Source: Octopus vulgaris
Lineage: Eukaryota
Length of the DNA: 64,000 nucleotides
Reading direction: 5' to 3'
NCBI GenBank assembly: GCA_951406725.2
Contig: OX597820.1
Coordinates: forward strand, 61,876,001 to 61,940,000
Part shown: piece by piece, positions 12,851 through 25,920 of the stretch
How positions within the stretch are numbered: position 1 is the stretch's first letter
Layout: each line of letters starts with the position of its first letter
Position numbers and translations under genes: made by a program
The notes under the pieces: model-generated
Databases searched by the model: none
The model's input: only the letters and a program-made list of their open reading frames with translations
What the model was told of the DNA's origin: nothing

Positions 12851-14999
12851 TCATATAATTGGAACTAGTCGAAAAGGAAATTATTATTAAATTATACATC
12901 AAGATGTGAGTTGCTGATGAAATCTAATTTCATCCCTTTGATCATAGGTGGGCCATCTATGACTCCTGCACCTATACTGTTGAAGTATGGACGAGAATTT
13001 GAAACCTGGACAGTGAACTAGAACAAAAAACACACCGCAATTCTGGGCCAGAGCTCATAGTGTTGAATGAATTACATGATAATATTTTCAATACTATGTC
13101 TTACTCTAGAGTATAACTACAGGTTTTCTTAGCCGCCAGTGCATTCGCAAATGCAGTGGCCGGCTAAATATTTTCCTGTTGTATCAGTTGAGCGCTAGGG
13201 TCGATGTAATCGAATTTCTCATCCCTTCAAAACTGCTGGCCTCGAGCCATAATTAGAAAAGAATTCTCAACATGATTTCATTGCGTCGAAGCAATACTGA
13301 AGTCAGTGGAAGCCATTTGATGTGTCGGTGGTTATTGACAGCTGAAAGATATATTTCATATTTTTTAAAACCCTTGTCATATTTCTGATATCTCCTACAT
13401 ACAGAATCTCCGACACTGCTACCTTCATGACGAATCTTATCCGAGAAAAGCTTCTTAAAGGACTTTGGCCTAATTTAAAGTGAAAGCAAAATATCACTGA
13501 TCGGCTTTAAATAAAATTTAACCAAAACAAAACAAAAAAAAAAAGAAAAAAGTAATCAACAAATTCCTTCTACTGACTTCCTCAGTTTTCTAAGGAAGAA
13601 AAAATATCCCAGAAAGACAGAAGTAATGGAGAAAGAAACAAAGAAACAAAGCAACGTGTGAGTGAGTGTGTGTCTGTGCGCGCGCATGTGTGTATGAATA
13701 TGAGTATGTGTATGTGTGTGTATGTGTGTGTACATATGACGCTAACAATGTGATTGCTAATACTAGCTGTAAATATTGATTAATTTTAGAGGGAATATAA
13801 CATAGAGATAAGCTCCTAGTGACACAAGACCGAGGCTGAGACTTAAGTTCGATCTGCAGTTTCATGAGCTATGCCAACGCGCATAAATGATCATGGACCC
13901 CCTACTCCAACAACTCAACACATTACTGGGTCAATATTTTTGTACCCAACCATTAAGGCCATCGAGTATTTTCCTTTTCTCTTGGAATTCTTCAGCGTCA
14001 GTCTTTCAGTTTTTTTTTTTTTGTAATTAACTCTAAGCATTGAAGGTGTTTGCTTTACATATGATGGCCAAGTTTTAAAGTGAGATGCTCTTAGTCGTGA
14101 GCGAATGGACTGAATCTGAAAAAGTTATCTGATGATGGCCTGGTGGTTCAACAATATTGTGTGTGTGTGTGTGTGCAAGGCCAACACAATGGGTTGGTAC
14201 TGAAGAGAAAACAACAGAGAAAGAAGGGCAAGTACACCCATAACACTTTCCATGCCCTCCAAGACAGATGGAACTAAGAGTAGAAGATATTTTCAGATAG
14301 GAAACCTTATTCAAAAGCACTAGCTAAAGGTATCTAGTCATGGTGTAACACCGGGCTGCAGATTAAGTTTACAACTAAAGAACAAAGATGGCTCCTCCAA
14401 CGGGTTCCCATCACATTTTCCGACAAGCAAATTTTACTCATAAGGATTTGGTTGACATGTATAGTAAAAGACAAATAATCAAAATATGGTGCACTAGCAT
14501 AAAAATGCAGTTCATCTTTTCTTTGCATTTTTGTGATTCTTCTTTCCTCCCCAAAACTTAAATGCCTTTTATGCTGAATGTTCGGCGGTGGTTTGTATGC
14601 AGACGATATGGAAACGAACATTTGCTACTGAATACACAGAAAAGAATTTCAAAAAAAAAAAACTGTTTTTAGTATAAAGGCTTTTGAGTATGAAGCTTCT
14701 CTCAACTATACAGAAACAGCAATTTTTGCCATATTTCTGTTTGGTCTGCATCTCTCGAGGTTATTTCCTTTCAGGTTGGTATCAATTCTTTCAAGCTCCT
14801 TATAGAATTGGATAGCTTTATATTAATCTACTTTGATATATTTCAGAAGGATAAAGTATGGTTGAAGTATCGTTGAGCGAATTTTAATTCAGCCATAGTT
14901 GCAGACGATTTTATGCAGTATGAGGAGGTTTGTTGTGGTGGGAAGAGTAGTCTCAGCTTCATATAAAATCGATTCAGCGTAACGTAACAGGACACGCAA

Positions 15000-15147
<148 letters not shown>

Positions 15148-15308
15148 GAACTGGCCATAAATTCAACCGCATATATTAGCCAAACATATCTAGGCACCTC
15201 GGCACACAAACGAAGGCTTTACACTAATTACAAAATCCTATACACGCTACCATATATGAAAAGTTACTCGAAAATTTTGCGCACAGAAACGCGTATGCAG
15301 ACCCATGT

Positions 15309-15733
15309 TCTTTTATTCTTTTACTCTTTTACTTGTTTCAGTCAATTGACTGCGGCCATGCTAGTGCACCACTTTTAGTCAAACAGATCACTTATTCTTT
15401 GTAAGCCTAGTGCTTATTCTATCGGTTCCGTTTTGCCGGACCGCTAAGTTACGGGGACATAAGCACACCAGCAGCGCTTGTTAAGCGATGGTGGTGGTGA
15501 TGGTGGTGGTGGTGGTGGGGGGCAAAGACACACACACACACAAATACATATATACATATATACATATATATACGACAGGCTTCTTTCAGTTTCCGTCTAC
15601 CAAATAATCCACTCACAAGGCTTTCGTCGCCCCGAAGCTATAGTAGAAGACACTTGCTTAAGGCTCCACGCAGTGGGACTGAACCCAGAACAACGTGGCT
15701 GGGAAGAAAGCTTCTCACCACACACCCACGCCT
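15309..15733 (-). mobile_element. SINE family A
   Basis: Similar to other family A copies. Confidence 0.88.
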
Positions 15734-16153
15734 ATATTATACATATATCTTACATATATACCCAAACACGCATGGAAATTGGCCCGTTCAGACTAGCACC
15801 ATAACGCTACAACAAATACACAAACGAACATACACTAAATCCAGTGGCTTATTTTAAACAAAAGACCCCACACCTAGAAACATGCACAATAAAAATATCA
15901 ATGGATATATTCATTCTAAAATTAACCTTATACATATATTCACGCTTGGACCTACACTAGTTATAATTATGGGGCCAGCGAGTTCACGTTAGCTGGTGGA
16001 TATCGGACATGTGCGCATGGATATGCACAACGCATATGAATTACATGCCCTTGATGACATAAGCCTGCTAGTTATTATTGATGACGTAAGCCTGCCGTAA
16101 CGGACTGAGCTCTATAAATGGCTGTTTGAACATAAAATATTGTAGAGGAGGAA

Positions 16154-16856
16154 GGCAGCGAGCTTGCAGAAACGGGTGAAATGCTTAGCGGTATTTCGTC
16201 TGTCGTTACGTTGTGAGTTCAAATTCCGCCGAGGTCGACTTTGCCTTTCATCCTTTCGGGGTCGATAAATTAAGTACCAGCTACGCACTGGGGTCGATGT
16301 AATCGACTTAATACCTATGTCTGTCGTTGTTTGTCCCCTCTATGTTTAGCCCCTTGTGGGTAATAAAGAAATAGGTATTTCGTCTGCTGCTACGTTCTGA
16401 ATTCCGCCGAGGTCGACTTTGCTTTCATCCTTCCGGGGTCGATTAAATAAGTACCAGTTACGCACTGGGGTCGATATAATCGACTTAATCCTTTGTCTGT
16501 CCTTGTTTGTCCTCTCTGTGTTTAGCCCCTTGTGGGTAGTAAAGAAATAGGTATTTCGTCTGCCGTTACGTTCTGAATTCCGCCGAGGTCGACTTTGCAT
16601 TTCATCCTTCGGGGGTCGATAAATTAAGTACCAATTATGCACTGATGTCGATATAATCGACTTAATCTGTCTGTCTGTCCTTGTTTGTCTCCTCTGTGTT
16701 TAGCCCCTTGTGGGTAGTAAAGAAATAGGTATTTCGTCTCTCTTTAACGTCCATTCTTTCAGGGTCAGTAAATTAAGTACCTGTTGCGTACTGGGGTCGA
16801 TCTAATCCACTGGCTTCCCGCCCCAAACTTCGTGCCTTGTGCCTAGAGTAGAGAAG
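16154..16856 (+). mobile_element. Multimeric SINE family B (three ~180-bp tandem units plus a terminal unit) with 18-bp TSD
   Basis: Units start ggtatttcgtct at ~16190, 16374, 16550 and 16728; TSD aatattgtagaggaggaa at 16136-16153 and 16857-16874. Confidence 0.92.
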
Positions 16857-17109
16857 AATATTGTAGAGGAGGAATTTCCGACAGGGGTGCCCAAATTCTC
16901 CGTGAGTGCGTGATAGCATGTCAGGGGTTGCAACAGAAAGGGAAAATATGAACTATATTAAAATCGCTTTTCAAAGTAAAATGTTTAACTGTCTTAAAAC
17001 TTGCTTACATTAAGCACACCGCTCACATTATTTCCTTTACACAACACCGTTTGTGATTCAGTTAAAAAGAAAAAAAAGAGTTACTGGAAACTCTTTTACC
17101 TGTTCGTTC

Positions 17110-17268
<159 letters not shown>

Positions 17269-17399
17269 TATAAACATGAAAATTCTAAGGTGTGCGCAGC
17301 TGTCTCTCTATACTATGTTACACTCACATAGATACACATACACAGACACATACACTCACACAGGTATGTATGTGTATATATGTTTAGGAATACATATTA

Positions 17400-17496
17400 T
17401 TCTATATCTGTCTGTCTATCTGTCTGCTTGACTATGTATGTATGCATGCATGTATGTATGTATGTATGTATGTATGTATGTATGTATGTATGTATG

Positions 17497-17529
<33 letters not shown>

Positions 17530-17732
17530 GTGTGTGTGTCTATGTATATATTTATTTGTGTGTGTCTATAATATGTATAAATGTATATGTGCGTATGTAT
17601 TATATTATTCTTTAATTAGTTTCAGCCAATGAACAGTGGTCGTGATCTGTTAGTACCTATAAAGGTATAGTTGTTTATATCGATTGCAGTATTTCTTTTG
17701 TCAATCTCGGACGAAATGAAAGCAAATTACCC

Positions 17733-17824
<92 letters not shown>

Positions 17825-18100
17825 GTGTTATTTGTATGAATGTATGTTTCTCTCTCTCTCTCTCTATACATATGTATATACGCATATATATATATATATA
17901 TATATATACTTACACACACACGCATATATACACACACACGCACATATACATACACAGAATGAGTGAGAGAGAGAGAATCTCTATTTGCACCGCCTAACAT
18001 TCATACACATATATGTGTGTGTGTGTCTCTGTATATAAACATACATATATATATATATAGATGTATGCATATATCTCAGTATGTGTGTGTGTGTGTCCGT
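17400..18100. repeat. Compound microsatellite cluster (TATG, TATC, CA, TA)
   Basis: Direct reading. Confidence 0.9.
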
Positions 18101-18386
18101 ATTTACTTAGATACGTCATTTGCCAGGGGCATTAGAAATAACACAGGAATTCTATTATTTTTCTCTTAATTCTTAAGTTAAAGTCAAGGAAGTTCTTCCA
18201 ATTCATTGAGATAATTAGATACAAATGATTTTTATGGTCTATTAATAAATTTCTTTTACAGATTTTTCACTATCTTTATTTTTGTGTTTTGTCGAACGTT
18301 CTCGGTTTAAATAGACTCTATTTAAATATCTCATCTCGTTAAAGAATTAATGAATAATTTTCACTGCATACACACATACATGAATC

Positions 18387-18420
<34 letters not shown>

Positions 18421-18669
18421 CATGTTCGTGTGTGTGTGAGTGTGTAAGTGTGTGTGTTTTATGCGTATTCTTTTATTTTTATTCTTTTACTTGGACAGCG
18501 GCCATCACTCTTACACAAAGGACAGAAGACGGTGTCAAAAGACGAAAATAAACAATATTTATAAATGAAATGGTTCGTGACAATCGGTCGGATATTTCAT
18601 TTAGCTATTGTAAGGGAAAATTCCGGTTGATTTTCATGTATAATTTCTTTACAACTACTACTACTGGGT

Positions 18670-19330
18670 TTTAAACCTTGACATAGGCCAGCAGTTTCTG
18701 AGGAAAGGGAGTGAAATCGACTACATCGACACCAGTACTTTACTGGTACTTATTCTTTTTGACCCCGGAAAGATGAAAGGCAAAGGGGATCTCGGCAGGT
18801 TTTTGCAGCAGTCAGAATGTTAAGACGAACGAAATGCCGCTAAGTGTCTTGTCCGGCATGCTAGTGGTTTTGTCAGCTTGTTGTCCAAATCTTTTCCAAT
18901 ATAGGTACAAGGCCTGAAATATTAGGGAAGTGGAGTAATCGATTACATCAATTAAGTGCTCAACTGGTACTTATTTTATCGACCCCGAAAAGATCAAAGG
19001 TAAAGTCGATTTCGGTGGAACTTTGAAATCAGAAGGTAAAGGCGGACAAAATGCTGCTAAGCATTTTAACCGGCTTGCTAACGATTCTGCCAGCTCCCCG
19101 CCTCAATGAAAACAACAACAATAATAATAGCTTCAAACTTTGGCACAAGGCCAGCAATTTTGGGGGAGGAGGATAGCTGATTACATCAACCCCAATGCTC
19201 AATCGGTACTTATTTTTTCGATCCCGAAAAGGATGAAAGGTAAATCGACCTTGGCGGAATTTGAACTCAGGGCATAAGGATGGACGAGATGCTGCTAAGC
19301 ATTTTTCTCTGCGTGTTAATGATTCTGCCA
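18670..19330 (-). mobile_element. Three head-to-tail diverged family B SINEs
   Basis: Repeated actggtacttatt...gacccc..aaagatgaaagg.aaa.tcgac motif at ~18740, 18960 and 19200. Confidence 0.8.
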
Positions 19331-19699
19331 CAAAATGTTTAAAAAAAAAAAATTACCCTGTAGGTGGATACCTCTGAGGGCAACTCGTGAAGATCTCATA
19401 AAAACCACTGAAACAAATTTCTTATCACAGGCCTGTTCACTCCGAACATGCTCACCGCTCTCATCCACCTTTCAATAGATTTAATGCTTTTATTATTGTC
19501 GTTGTTGATGTTACTGTTGCTGGTTATGTCACATGTGGGGTTCTCTATAGCTGTGGTTTACTGTTACGTAGTCTTATTCAGGCTACATCGATATGCTTAT
19601 CTACATTAGTAATACATTAGCTTATTCTCATTAATCAAGTTGGTAATTTATGTCGCATTCTTGAGAATAATGTTGCTGCAGATTTGCAATGAAGATTCT

Positions 19700-20000
19700 T
19701 CTCCCACATGGTGTTAGAAAGTTGCTTTGTATCGATTATGATGTGCTGGGTATATTGGCTATGAAGATTCAATTGTGTCGACGAATAAATCTTCACCAAA
19801 GAAAATATTCTTTGGTCATATCTACTGACATCGCCAGCTGTTTCAGGATATGAAACTTCTCAGTCAATCATAGACTACAGCTTCTTGTACCATTCGTATA
19901 TGGAGTGGAATTGGCCACGTTATTACAAGTTATGGGTGTCTAGAAAACAAATCTGTCCCAACAAATTATAATTGTATTGTTGGTATTTAAACGTTTGTGA
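19700..20000 (-). mobile_element. Possible old PLE RT thumb remnant
   Basis: Minus strand gives ICFLDT and EWYKKL, like PLE FLD...WYRKP; heavily decayed. Confidence 0.35.
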
Positions 20001-20292
20001 TAGTTGAGCGTAGTTAGAAAATGGAATATTATTAGAGATAAAAGTTTTTGAATGTATTGGGTTATATATTTATTTATTTAATACTTATTTAAGCAAGCTC
20101 TACACGCGTCAGCAAAACGTACCGTTTACTGTTTTACTACAAAACCGAACATATCCTTGCGACAACGCCAAAAAACACAGAAATGCATGCGTCGTACAAT
20201 CCAGTACATCATGAGTGTTTATAACATTCTACACAAACACACACACACACACACACATAGACACACACACACATACACACACACACACACAT

Positions 20293-20323
<31 letters not shown>

Positions 20324-20882
20324 AACACACACACACACAAGATCACAGAGTGAGAGGGAGTGAGAGAGACAGAGGGAGTCGCTTAAAACTACTTAAATGT
20401 TTAACGAGTAGTAGTTACTGCTTTTACTTATCTGCCTATGAGCTCACACGCTGGAAGCGTTTGTTACTTGACTAACGTACCGAGACAGTGTTTGTGTGAA
20501 TAAACTGTAAATAATTTAACATATATCATAATTTAGTTTAATTAACTTATTTGCAACACACACAGACACTCATACATATATACAAATTTATATGCATGAA
20601 TATATATATATTATATATATATATATTTATATACTTATATTAATATATATTTACGTACAAAAACATACGTAATTCTCTGTGGGCAACATAAATTGTTATT
20701 CCGTGACTACATAATAGTAGTACTGTAAAGCAATTTTGTTGACAAAGCATAAATCAAAGAGTCAAAGAAAATGTTTGAAAATTGGAAATATTTTGAGCAT
20801 CGCTACTTATTATATACGAATACATACATACATTCGTACATATGATTGTATCTATCTGTCTGTATGTATGTATACATGTATG

Positions 20883-20933
<51 letters not shown>

Positions 20934-20981
20934 CATATATATTTACACATATATACATATATATAGATATCTCTTCTCTCT

Positions 20982-21016
<35 letters not shown>

Positions 21017-21018
21017 CT

Positions 21019-21044
<26 letters not shown>

Positions 21045-21049
<5 letters not shown>

Positions 21050-21440
21050 CACGATGGGTGAATTGTCGCCATTTTATATTTCTACTTTCGCGCATGCAAA
21101 TGATCTGTTTTGGATTTTGTCGACTACACAGTATAGTAGGATCAGTTGGGCACCGTCTGTGAGAAAAACAGCACTATGAAGCATTCACTCAGCCAGAAAT
21201 TTGGAAACAACATGCTGTAATACTTGGCATTCGCACTGGAAGATTCAATACGAACATTTAAGAGTAACAGGGTTTCAATCTGAAGACAGTGCATGTAATG
21301 AGAGTGATAAAAATCAAACATCCAGTCAACATCATGGTATTCGGAGTGATGACTAGTGATGGCAACGTAATGCATCAATTCATCTTTCCATACGGCATCA
21401 AACTCAACACGGAAGCCTTCATCGACCGAGAAGGGAACTT
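21045..21440 (+). mobile_element. Tc1/mariner-superfamily (maT/DD37D-like) transposon fragment
   Basis: ORF 21289 reads KHPVNIMVFGVMTSDGNVMHQFIFPYGIKLNTEAF; TIR-like start directly after (TA)n. Confidence 0.7.
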
Positions 21441-21479
21441 CATGGAAAAAGGTTCTTCTCTCTATCTGGCGGGATTGCA

Positions 21480-21997
21480 AAGGAGTAATTCACTTTGAAT
21501 TGTTATCACCTAATGCAACAATCAATGCTCAAGTCTACTGTCAGTAATTAGAGCGTTTGAACCAAGCTTTGGAGGAAAAAAAACCCCACTTTAGTGAATC
21601 GAAAAGGAGTGATGTTTGATCAGGACAATGCGCGACCCCACACTGCAAAGATCACATCACAGAAGATCGAAGTGCTTGATTGGGAAAAAATTCCTCATCC
21701 ACCTTATTCTCCTGACCTTGTTCCTTCAGACTACCATATGTTTCGTAGTTTACAGAATCATTTGGAGGACATAACTTTCGCAAGCCAGGAGAAGGTCGAA
21801 ACTGACATTCACAGTTCTTCGCTTTGAAACCGAAAGAGTTTTACATTGACGGGATTAAAAAGCTTGTAAATAGATGGAAGAAAGTCATAGATAATCAGAG
21901 AAAGTACATTGATGATTAAATTTTAATTAAATATAACATTCGATCACTTGTTTTCTTTATTCAAAATTCGGACAGAGCTTATGAGATGATCTGATAT
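21480..21997 (+). mobile_element. Mariner (DD34D) transposase 3' half with right TIR, pseudogenised
   Basis: QDNARPHTA and HPPYSPDLVPSDYHMFRSLQN motifs; C-terminal GIKKLVNRWKKVIDN; TIR-like cggacagagcttatgagatgatctgata at 21969-21996. Confidence 0.92.
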
Positions 21998-22071
21998 TTG
22001 GGCAAAAACGAAGAATGTAAATGATAATTTGCCAAGTTGTACAGACAATACAAATTAAAATGTTTGCTTCC

Positions 22072-22417
22072 GTTTCACGTGGTATCTTAGGTAAGAGTCT
22101 TCTTCTATTGCTTTCGGGCCAACCAATGCCTTGTGAGTGAACTAGGCAGAGGGAAACTATGTGGAAGCGCATCCTTGTATATGTGTGTGTGTTTGTGTTC
22201 GCGTGTGTGTGTCTGTGTTTATGTATATCCCCTTTACAGGAGGACTAACAGGTGTTGGCTTGTTAATCCCCAATTTCTTGTAACTTAGCTGTTCGATAAA
22301 GGGGCGAAGAAATAAGTAGAAGATTTAAAACAAGTACTGGGGTCGATTTGTTCAATTAACTCTATAAGACGGTGCTACAGCATGGTCGCAGCCCAGTGAT
22401 CGAAACAAGTAAAATAG
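22072..22417 (+). mobile_element. Diverged SINE family A
   Basis: ccttgtgagtg...gtactggggtcgatttg...gaaacaagtaaaa. Confidence 0.7.
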
Positions 22418-22526
22418 TACAATGATATACGATAGATTTACGTGCTCAATGCAAAAATGAAAAAAAAAATCGTGATGGTCACTTTGTTGGAATGCCCTTT
22501 AACTGTGGGTGTGCTTGATGAGAGGA

Positions 22527-22965
22527 AAACATGGGCTTAACAAGGAAGAGGAGGAGGAGAAGTGGAAGAAGGAAGGGAAAGAAGAGGAGGAGCAGGAGGG
22601 GAGAAGAAGAAAAAAGAAAAAGAAGAAAACATGGATTTAACAAAAAGAGGAGGAGAACAGGAAGAAAGAGGAGGAGGAGGAGAGGAGAAGAAGAAGAACA
22701 AAACGAAGAAAAACATGGGTTTAACAAGGAGGAGGAGGAGGACAAGATGAAGAATAAGGAGGAGGGGAGAAGAAGAAGCAGAGAAAGAAGAAAGAGAAAA
22801 AAACATGGGTTTAACAAAGAAGAGGAGGACAAGAGGAAGAAAGAAGAGGAGGGGAGAAGAAGAAGAAGAAGAAGAAGAAGAAAAAGGAGAGAACATGGGT
22901 TTAACAAGGAGGAGAAGGAGGAGGAGAAGAAGCAGAAAAAGAAGAAACAGAGGGAAAAAAAGAAG
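22527..22965. repeat. Minisatellite: five copies of a 17-bp core (AAACATGGGTTTAACAA) separated by GAG/GAA purine tracts
   Basis: Cores at ~22527, 22627, 22711, 22801 and 22891 (period 84-100 bp). Confidence 0.9.
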
Positions 22966-23393
22966 GCAACGATATTTTACACTCAGTGCACTTTCATAGG
23001 TAAATCGTAGAGCAGGTAGAAAAATTTAATCATATGGCTCACAGCAGCTCATCTATGGTTTACATTTTTCTGCCTGAGCAAGAAGTTCATATAAGCCTCA
23101 GCATAATGCTAAAATATATTCTGTTGGTCCAGCCATCCTCCATGAACCCCTTAGACCGAAGGGGGTTATTTCAGAATTATATTTTCGAGGTATTATCTTG
23201 AATCTAAGACTGAATGAAACTTTAGAAAGAAAACCAAAAGTAAAGATTTCCAGCGCCTTGAATCTCCGATTCCAATAACGTTATGCTTTGGTAAGTTGTA
23301 ATATTAGAACCCATGATGGAGGCAGATTCTATTTAAATGCAAGAGTAATTCAGTAGACGCGAACATACGAATATATCTGTACACGTATACTCA

Positions 23394-23394
<1 letters not shown>

Positions 23395-23478
<84 letters not shown>

Positions 23479-23600
23479 GCCTGTCTGCTTGTCAGTCAGC
23501 CTGCCTGCCTGTCTGCTTGTCAGTCAGCCTGCCTGCCTGTCTGCTTGTCAGTCTGCCTGCCTGCCTGTCTGTCTCCTTCCTTGTCTGTTTTCCTGCCTGT

Positions 23601-23670
<70 letters not shown>

Positions 23671-23720
23671 CATCTGTCTGTCTATCTCTCTGTCTGTATG
23701 TCTGTATGTCTGTCTGTCTG
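23395..23720. repeat. (TATC)n / (TGCC,TGTC)n compound microsatellite with a 28-bp duplicated unit
   Basis: Direct reading. Confidence 0.92.
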
Positions 23721-24269
23721 TTACACACACAAGTATATATAAATATACTTTCATATAAAGGTGCGTATAAAGAGGCATAGACACTAACACGCGAGCGCAT
23801 GTTTCGGGACAAAACCGCATATATCCAAACACACACACACACACACACACGCACACACACACACATTTATATATACAAACATATATACACTTCTGCATGT
23901 GTGCGCACTTGCTTTCATTTGAATATATCGTATACACACAAATATGCACGTTAATACACTCATGCACAATACACACGTGCGTGCGTGTGTGTGTAGATAT
24001 ATGTATGTATAATATATACATATATATATAAATAATATTAGGGTAATAAGAATTATAGAAATGTTTACTACTAGTGGTCTAGCGCCAAAAAATTTAGTCA
24101 ACAGACTTTATTTTATTCATATAAAATATCGTATACATTAAAACACATTAAGAGGCATCCATCATAAGAAAGCCTTGCGCTAGAAAGAACAGTTAATGTT
24201 CAAACCACTAATTAGGGATAAATTCTCGAATGGAATGAAAAATAAAAATATTTACCATCTAATTTAATT

Positions 24270-24336
24270 CCCGGACCATGGTTTCTGACTTATTTCAGTA
24301 AAATAAAAATTTACTGAGGACGTCTTCCTCAGCGGG
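24270..24336 (-). ncRNA. Type-I hammerhead ribozyme with intact core (solo PLE pLTR ~24030-24385)
   Basis: CCCG-CUGAGGA-AGAC...UCAGUAAA/UUUACUGA...GUCA-GAAA-CCAUGG-UC-CGGG: stem I CCCG/CGGG, palindromic stem III ACCAUGGU, GUC cleavage triplet. Confidence 0.85.
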
Positions 24337-24395
24337 TAGCCTTAGATTTAAGTATACACACATCGAGATCGATTCAGCATGTAAACTATTTGTTT

Positions 24396-24444
<49 letters not shown>

Positions 24445-24477
24445 TATATGTATACATATACACACCTATGTATATAG

Positions 24478-24509
<32 letters not shown>

Positions 24510-24832
24510 TTTATACGTATATATGCATGTATATATGTATATACATACATACATACATGCATACATATATACATACATATAAAGTAATTTGTTTTGCCAT
24601 TTCAACAAGGCTGTTCTATAAAAACTACGTTACTACCATTTTTTTAATCCCTAGGAGAACAGCTGGTTAACGACACGACCTATGTCCCAAATATTACGAG
24701 CAAGGGAGCGAACCCTACCATCTAGCGGTAACAAGACCAGTAGACCGGTCTAGTTTCAGGGTATTTGCTTCCGTCAGTACTGGATACAACAAATATTACT
24801 TTTCAATATTGTTACTACTTGCATCTCTTATA

Positions 24833-24985
24833 GAACTAGCTGGCTTTGTGGTAAGAAGCTTGCTTACCAGTCACATGCTTCTGGGTTCAGTCCTACTGCG
24901 TGGCACCCTGGGCAAGTGTATTCTACTACAGCCTCGGGTCGACCAATGCTTTGTGAGTGTATTTGGTAGACGGAAACTGAAAGAA
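24833..24985 (+). mobile_element. SINE family A 5' part
   Basis: gcttgcttaccag.cacatg...ttggtagacggaaactgaaagaa; truncated where PLE sequence begins. Confidence 0.8.
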
Positions 24986-25920
24986 TCCCTAGAGGCGAAC
25001 TGGCGTACCGCTTTAGAATGGCACTAGACAAGCTTAAGCTAAGAATTAAGGTTGTAGAAAGGCTAGGTAACCCTTTCAAATCAATAATCGGTAGGACCTA
25101 CCCTTTCAATAGAACCCCCTGTACTGATAGGAACTGTATTGTATGTAGAGTTAGCCCACAAACAAGTTGTAAAACTAGGAATGTAGTCTATAGAATAAGA
25201 TGTACAGAGGGACGGTGCAGAAACAAGACAGTGACGTGCGTAGGGGAGACAGCACGTAGCATAGGATTGCGGTTTAATAGCATTTGAGGGAACTCAAGGA
25301 AGAGAAGAGCTCATCAGTTTTATATCAGCATGCCAGGCAGGAACACGGGGGCTCACTCAACAACATAGAAATAAAAATTTTGTCAACACATAGAAGGGAC
25401 GCAACGCTTAGACAAATTACGGAAGCTACACACAAAATAGAAAATAAACCTAGTCTAAATAGAAAGCTAGAATGGAGCACTAGCACCCATTCACCACAAC
25501 CTGATGACAATAAGATCTCCATAAATTAATAATAATATGAAACTAATACAATAGATAGATAGGTCAATGGAATTAAGTAATAAAATACATAGAATATAAT
25601 AAATTAATACAAACAAAGTAAATAAATAAAAATAAATAAATACAATAAAATGAACGAGAATAAATCTGATAATGCTGGCACCAAACAGTTACCAAACATA
25701 GACACACACAGGGATTTACACATGCGCAAACAAAGGCACATGCAACAGGAACACAAAGTGGCAGACCGTTCGGAAGGAGAGACACAAAAAAGAAAGAAGA
25801 AAGCAAGAGACCACTGATGAGGTCATAGAAGTGTGACGAAAGAACTCTGGCCGAAATATAATTAATATGAAATAAAGCTGAAGCAAGTGAACACCGAATA
25901 TAGAGTGTGTGTGTTTTCAT
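24986..25920 (+). mobile_element. 5'-truncated Penelope-like element: GIY-YIG endonuclease, 3' UTR and pLTR
   Basis: ORFs 25018 and 25284 (one frameshift): C..C..C...CKTRNVVYRIRC..C...VGETARS...SVLYQH...RQITEA...LNRKLEW; hammerhead at 25811. Confidence 0.88.
25811..25850 (+). ncRNA. Minimal type-I hammerhead ribozyme, intact core
   Basis: CCA-CUGAUGA-G-GUCAUA-GAAG-UGUGAC-GAAA-GAAC-UC-UGG; stem I CCA/UGG, 6-bp stem II, near-palindromic stem III. Confidence 0.8.

Noticed and set aside
12914-12935. CTGATGA matches here and at ~14129 and ~25501
   Set aside because: No correctly placed stem II-GAAA-UH partner.
14585-14615. LYADD reverse-transcriptase motif
   Set aside because: An isolated motif with no flanking RT motifs I could recognise; may be chance or a very old LINE.
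22527-22907. CRISPR-like repeat-spacer array
   Set aside because: Eukaryotic context, no cas genes, a 17-bp non-palindromic repeat, and low-complexity, mutually similar purine spacers.
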